From an uncultured bacterium (lineage in GTDB: Bacteria > Fermentibacterota > Fermentibacteria > Fermentibacterales > JCC-6), in NCBI GenBank assembly GCA_964624405.1, contig CAZUXA010000004.1:70572-134571 (forward strand): a stretch of 64,000 nt of DNA, written 5' to 3'. Below the pieces are notes generated by a model. That model saw only the letters and a list, made by a program, of their open reading frames with translations, was not told the origin of the DNA and did no database searches. The position numbers and the translations under genes were made by a program. Of this stretch, positions 61,579 through 64,000 are shown one piece after another (the first letter of the stretch is position 1; the number at the start of each line of letters is the position of its first letter).

Positions 61579-62337
61579 TTACCGCAGGGGCTTCCTTCCC
61601 CACACCGCTCCGGCCCACGAATACCGCTGAAGAAACGGGATTTTCCTCAACAGGAACGAATCGAGCCGTTCCACGGCCCGATCCAGCTTCATAGCCCAGG
61701 GGGTCCGATCGGTGGCGTGGCACAATCCAAGGCTGACAGGGCGGAACAGGTGGCAGAAGCAGTTCCCGCTTTCGATCAGCCCGCTACTGAGGTTCTTCAT
61801 CATACTCACGGTGGCGTAACGCTTTATGGCTCCAGCCTTGTTCCCGGTGTACGGGCCGATTCTGATCCTGTTTCCCGTCATACCCCTGAAAGCTCTGAAC
61901 AGGAGAAGGAATGGATTGCGTGCCATGTTCTCAACCAGAACAAGCGCCCCGCCAGGTTTCAGCACCCGGGTCAGTTCACCGGTCGCCCTGGAAATCTCGG
62001 TGTACTGCAGTGTGCTGCGGGACAGAACCAAGTCGAAAGAACCATCGGGAAAAGGCAGTTCTTCGGAACGACCGCAGACGCACGACATGGAAAGCCCTGC
62101 TTTCACGCTCATCTCGGTGACGAATCGAAGTCGTGACATCTGGACATCCAGAGCGGTTGAATCAGCGCCCTTTTGCGCGGCGTAAAGGGAAAAGGAGCCA
62201 TGACCGCAGCCCGCGTCAAGAACGCTGAGTCCCCTTAGCTCACCCAACCCTTCAAAGGCGCATCGCATGCTTCCTCCCTCGAAGGGAGACTGAAAGAGAT
62301 AATCCTCCAGAGCGGACATACTGCTACCTGACTCCAT
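61579..62337 (-). CDS. class I SAM-dependent methyltransferase
   Basis: VLDAGCGHG, LPFPDGSFDLV, RVLKPGG; start uncertain (62337 or 62319). Confidence 0.85.
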   Translation of the reverse strand: MESGSSMSALEDYLFQSPFEGGSMRCAFEGLGELRGLSVLDAGCGHGSFSLYAAQKGADSTALDVQMSRLRFVTEMSVKAGLSMSCVCGRSEELPFPDGSFDLVLSRSTLQYTEISRATGELTRVLKPGGALVLVENMARNPFLLLFRAFRGMTGNRIRIGPYTGNKAGAIKRYATVSMMKNLSSGLIESGNCFCHLFRPVSLGLCHATDRTPWAMKLDRAVERLDSFLLRKIPFLQRYSWAGAVWGRKPLR

Positions 62338-62661
62338 GGGCTGAATGATAGTCTTCCGGTGCTTTGCCGTAAACAGGCTTTCCCTCCGCCCCGGTTCGGT
62401 GGAAACAAGCGCTGCTATCCGGCAGAGCCCCGAAAAAGCCCCCTCAATCATGCGTTCTCCTTCAGCACAACCTTTGTCAATCTGATCCCGGGGCTTCCAT
62501 TCACCAGCACCGCGCCTTCATCTCTCCACGAAATCCATCTGCTCGCACGGAACCCTCAGCACATCGGATGGCACTTGCATCAATGGTAGTTTTAATGACT
62601 TTTCATGATTCTTGTTTATCAGAACCGTTTTTCGCCGTTTCTTATCCCTTGTTTAACATAT

Positions 62662-64000
62662 TCAAAACGGCATATTCACTTTTTTTGAAGTTTCAGGGCT
62701 CTCATGTGAACATAATTTAGTATGGTGTCCCCCAATAAAAGATTGTCTGAGGAGGGGGTTGGAAATTCCACCGGCAATCTCCATTACGGCTTGGACGGCT
62801 TCGTCATGATAACGGCTTGCCTCCCTCGTCAGCGAATCCCCATGGGAATCAGTCGCCAGAGCCGAGAGTTTTCCACAGAGAAGATAGAGTTCCCAAAGGG
62901 TTTCCGAACGGTCGGACATGGTCGGCGACAGCAGCTGATCAACCAATTCCTTGTGCGACAGTGCTTCCTTAACCGCACCCTGAGCGTTTATCTCAAGAAG
63001 AACACCGGCCAGGTGCGCTCTTGTCAATCCGGTTCTCGCATGAGCCCCTGCCTCCTCCATAATGCCGAGGGAGGTTTCCAGGCACTCCTTTGCCTTGTCG
63101 AACCTGCTGGCCCTGCGATGAAGGATACCGATCAGGGTAAGGTTTTCGGCTTCTCCCTCCCAGTCGCAAAGACGCCGGCTGATTTCAAGGGCCTCGCTGT
63201 AGAGTAGAAGGGCGGTGCCCGAATCACCGTTCCGGTCCTTGATAATGCCCATGTTTGTCTTGAGGATGCTGCGCATCATGGGGTCATCAATCAGGTCTGC
63301 CATTCGTTCAGCCTCGGAATAGTACTCAAGGGCCTTGTCGTCCATTCCCACAAACCGGAAGAGGTTTCCCAAATTGTTGCCGGACTGGCAAACACCCTTT
63401 CTGTCACCCAGTTCAGTGTTTATCCTGAGAGCTTCCCGGGTGTAGTCCATGGATTCGTCAAAATGTCCCAGAGCCCGGGTCACAATTCCCAGATTCATCA
63501 TCAGGTTTGCCTGCCCGTCAAGGTCTTCAAGTTCCCTGAGAATTCTCAGGCTTTTCTCGTAATACTCAAGGGCAAGCCCGTTCTCGCCGGAGGACCAGTA
63601 GACCAGGCCGATGTTGCACAGCGTATTCGCCCTGAGGGAACTGATTTCTTCGGGCAGACACATGGAGAGGGCTTTTTCAAAGTACTGCAGAGCCTTGGCG
63701 CTTTCTCCAAGGTTGCATTCCATAAGCCCGATGTTGCTCAGGGATCTCGCTTCCGCTTCCGGGTCTCCCAGGGTCTTCGCCAGTCTCAGGGTTTGCAGAA
63801 AGATTCTTCGGGCTTCCCGGAATTCTCCCTTTCTCCAGAAGTTGATTCCGATTCGGTTCAGTGCGTTGTGATGGCCTGACCGGTCTCCCTTGTTCTGCGC
63901 GATGTCGTACGCCTCTTCCAGTATAGTGCCGGCGGTTTCCAGGTCATCGGTTTCCGTATAGCTGGTTCCAAGGAGAACCTTTGCGTGAACAAGCCCGGGG
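62662..64000 (-). CDS. tetratricopeptide-repeat protein (3' part; start outside window)
   Basis: Frame open to window edge; repeated ~40-aa TPR units (N[IL]G...G....AL.YY..AL). Confidence 0.85.
   Translation of the reverse strand, partial: PGLVHAKVLLGTSYTETDDLETAGTILEEAYDIAQNKGDRSGHHNALNRIGINFWRKGEFREARRIFLQTLRLAKTLGDPEAEARSLSNIGLMECNLGESAKALQYFEKALSMCLPEEISSLRANTLCNIGLVYWSSGENGLALEYYEKSLRILRELEDLDGQANLMMNLGIVTRALGHFDESMDYTREALRINTELGDRKGVCQSGNNLGNLFRFVGMDDKALEYYSEAERMADLIDDPMMRSILKTNMGIIKDRNGDSGTALLLYSEALEISRRLCDWEGEAENLTLIGILHRRASRFDKAKECLETSLGIMEEAGAHARTGLTRAHLAGVLLEINAQGAVKEALSHKELVDQLLSPTMSDRSETLWELYLLCGKLSALATDSHGDSLTREASRYHDEAVQAVMEIAGGISNPLLRQSFIGGHHTKLCSHESPETSKKVNMPF
62709..62736. 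repeat. solo copy of the element arm from 14912-15073
   Basis: AACATAATTTAGTATGGTGTCCCCCAAT identical to 15045-15072. Confidence 0.9.

Noticed and set aside
62440-62660. Possible small ORF or ncRNA in the AT-rich gap
   Set aside because: Only very short frames without motifs; no recognisable RNA structure

Overview
GC-rich (roughly 55-60% by eye), gene-dense chromosomal segment of an anaerobic diderm bacterium. Secreted proteins with T9SS/FlgD-like C-terminal tails plus PorV/FadL-like barrels suggest an FCB-superphylum organism such as Ca. Fermentibacterota (inference). Housekeeping genes include alr, leuS, clpB, trmFO, glnS, comM/yifB, a 2-oxoacid:ferredoxin oxidoreductase and a divergent EF-G paralog. 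No rRNA, tRNA, CRISPR array or transposase was seen. Main observations: (1) a class III ribonucleotide reductase whose glycyl-radical domain is a separate 50-aa ORF (missed by the ORF track) between nrdD and nrdG, with NrdR boxes upstream; (2) a 10-kb cluster of three B12-dependent radical SAM enzymes, three GT2s, a GT-C and a methyltransferase; (3) a 162-bp AT-rich nested-palindrome element (MITE/REPIN-like) between tandem gingipain-like C25 proteases, with a solo arm inside the 3' end of a TPR gene about 48 kb away; (4) a secreted PPAD-like deiminase alongside the gingipain-like proteases; (5) an AsnB plus glutamate-cysteine-ligase-like gene pair; (6) several apparent pseudo-enzymes (EF-G lacking the catalytic His, ABC ATPase lacking Walker A, PAS kinase lacking H/N/G boxes, Fpg/Nei lacking Pro2).
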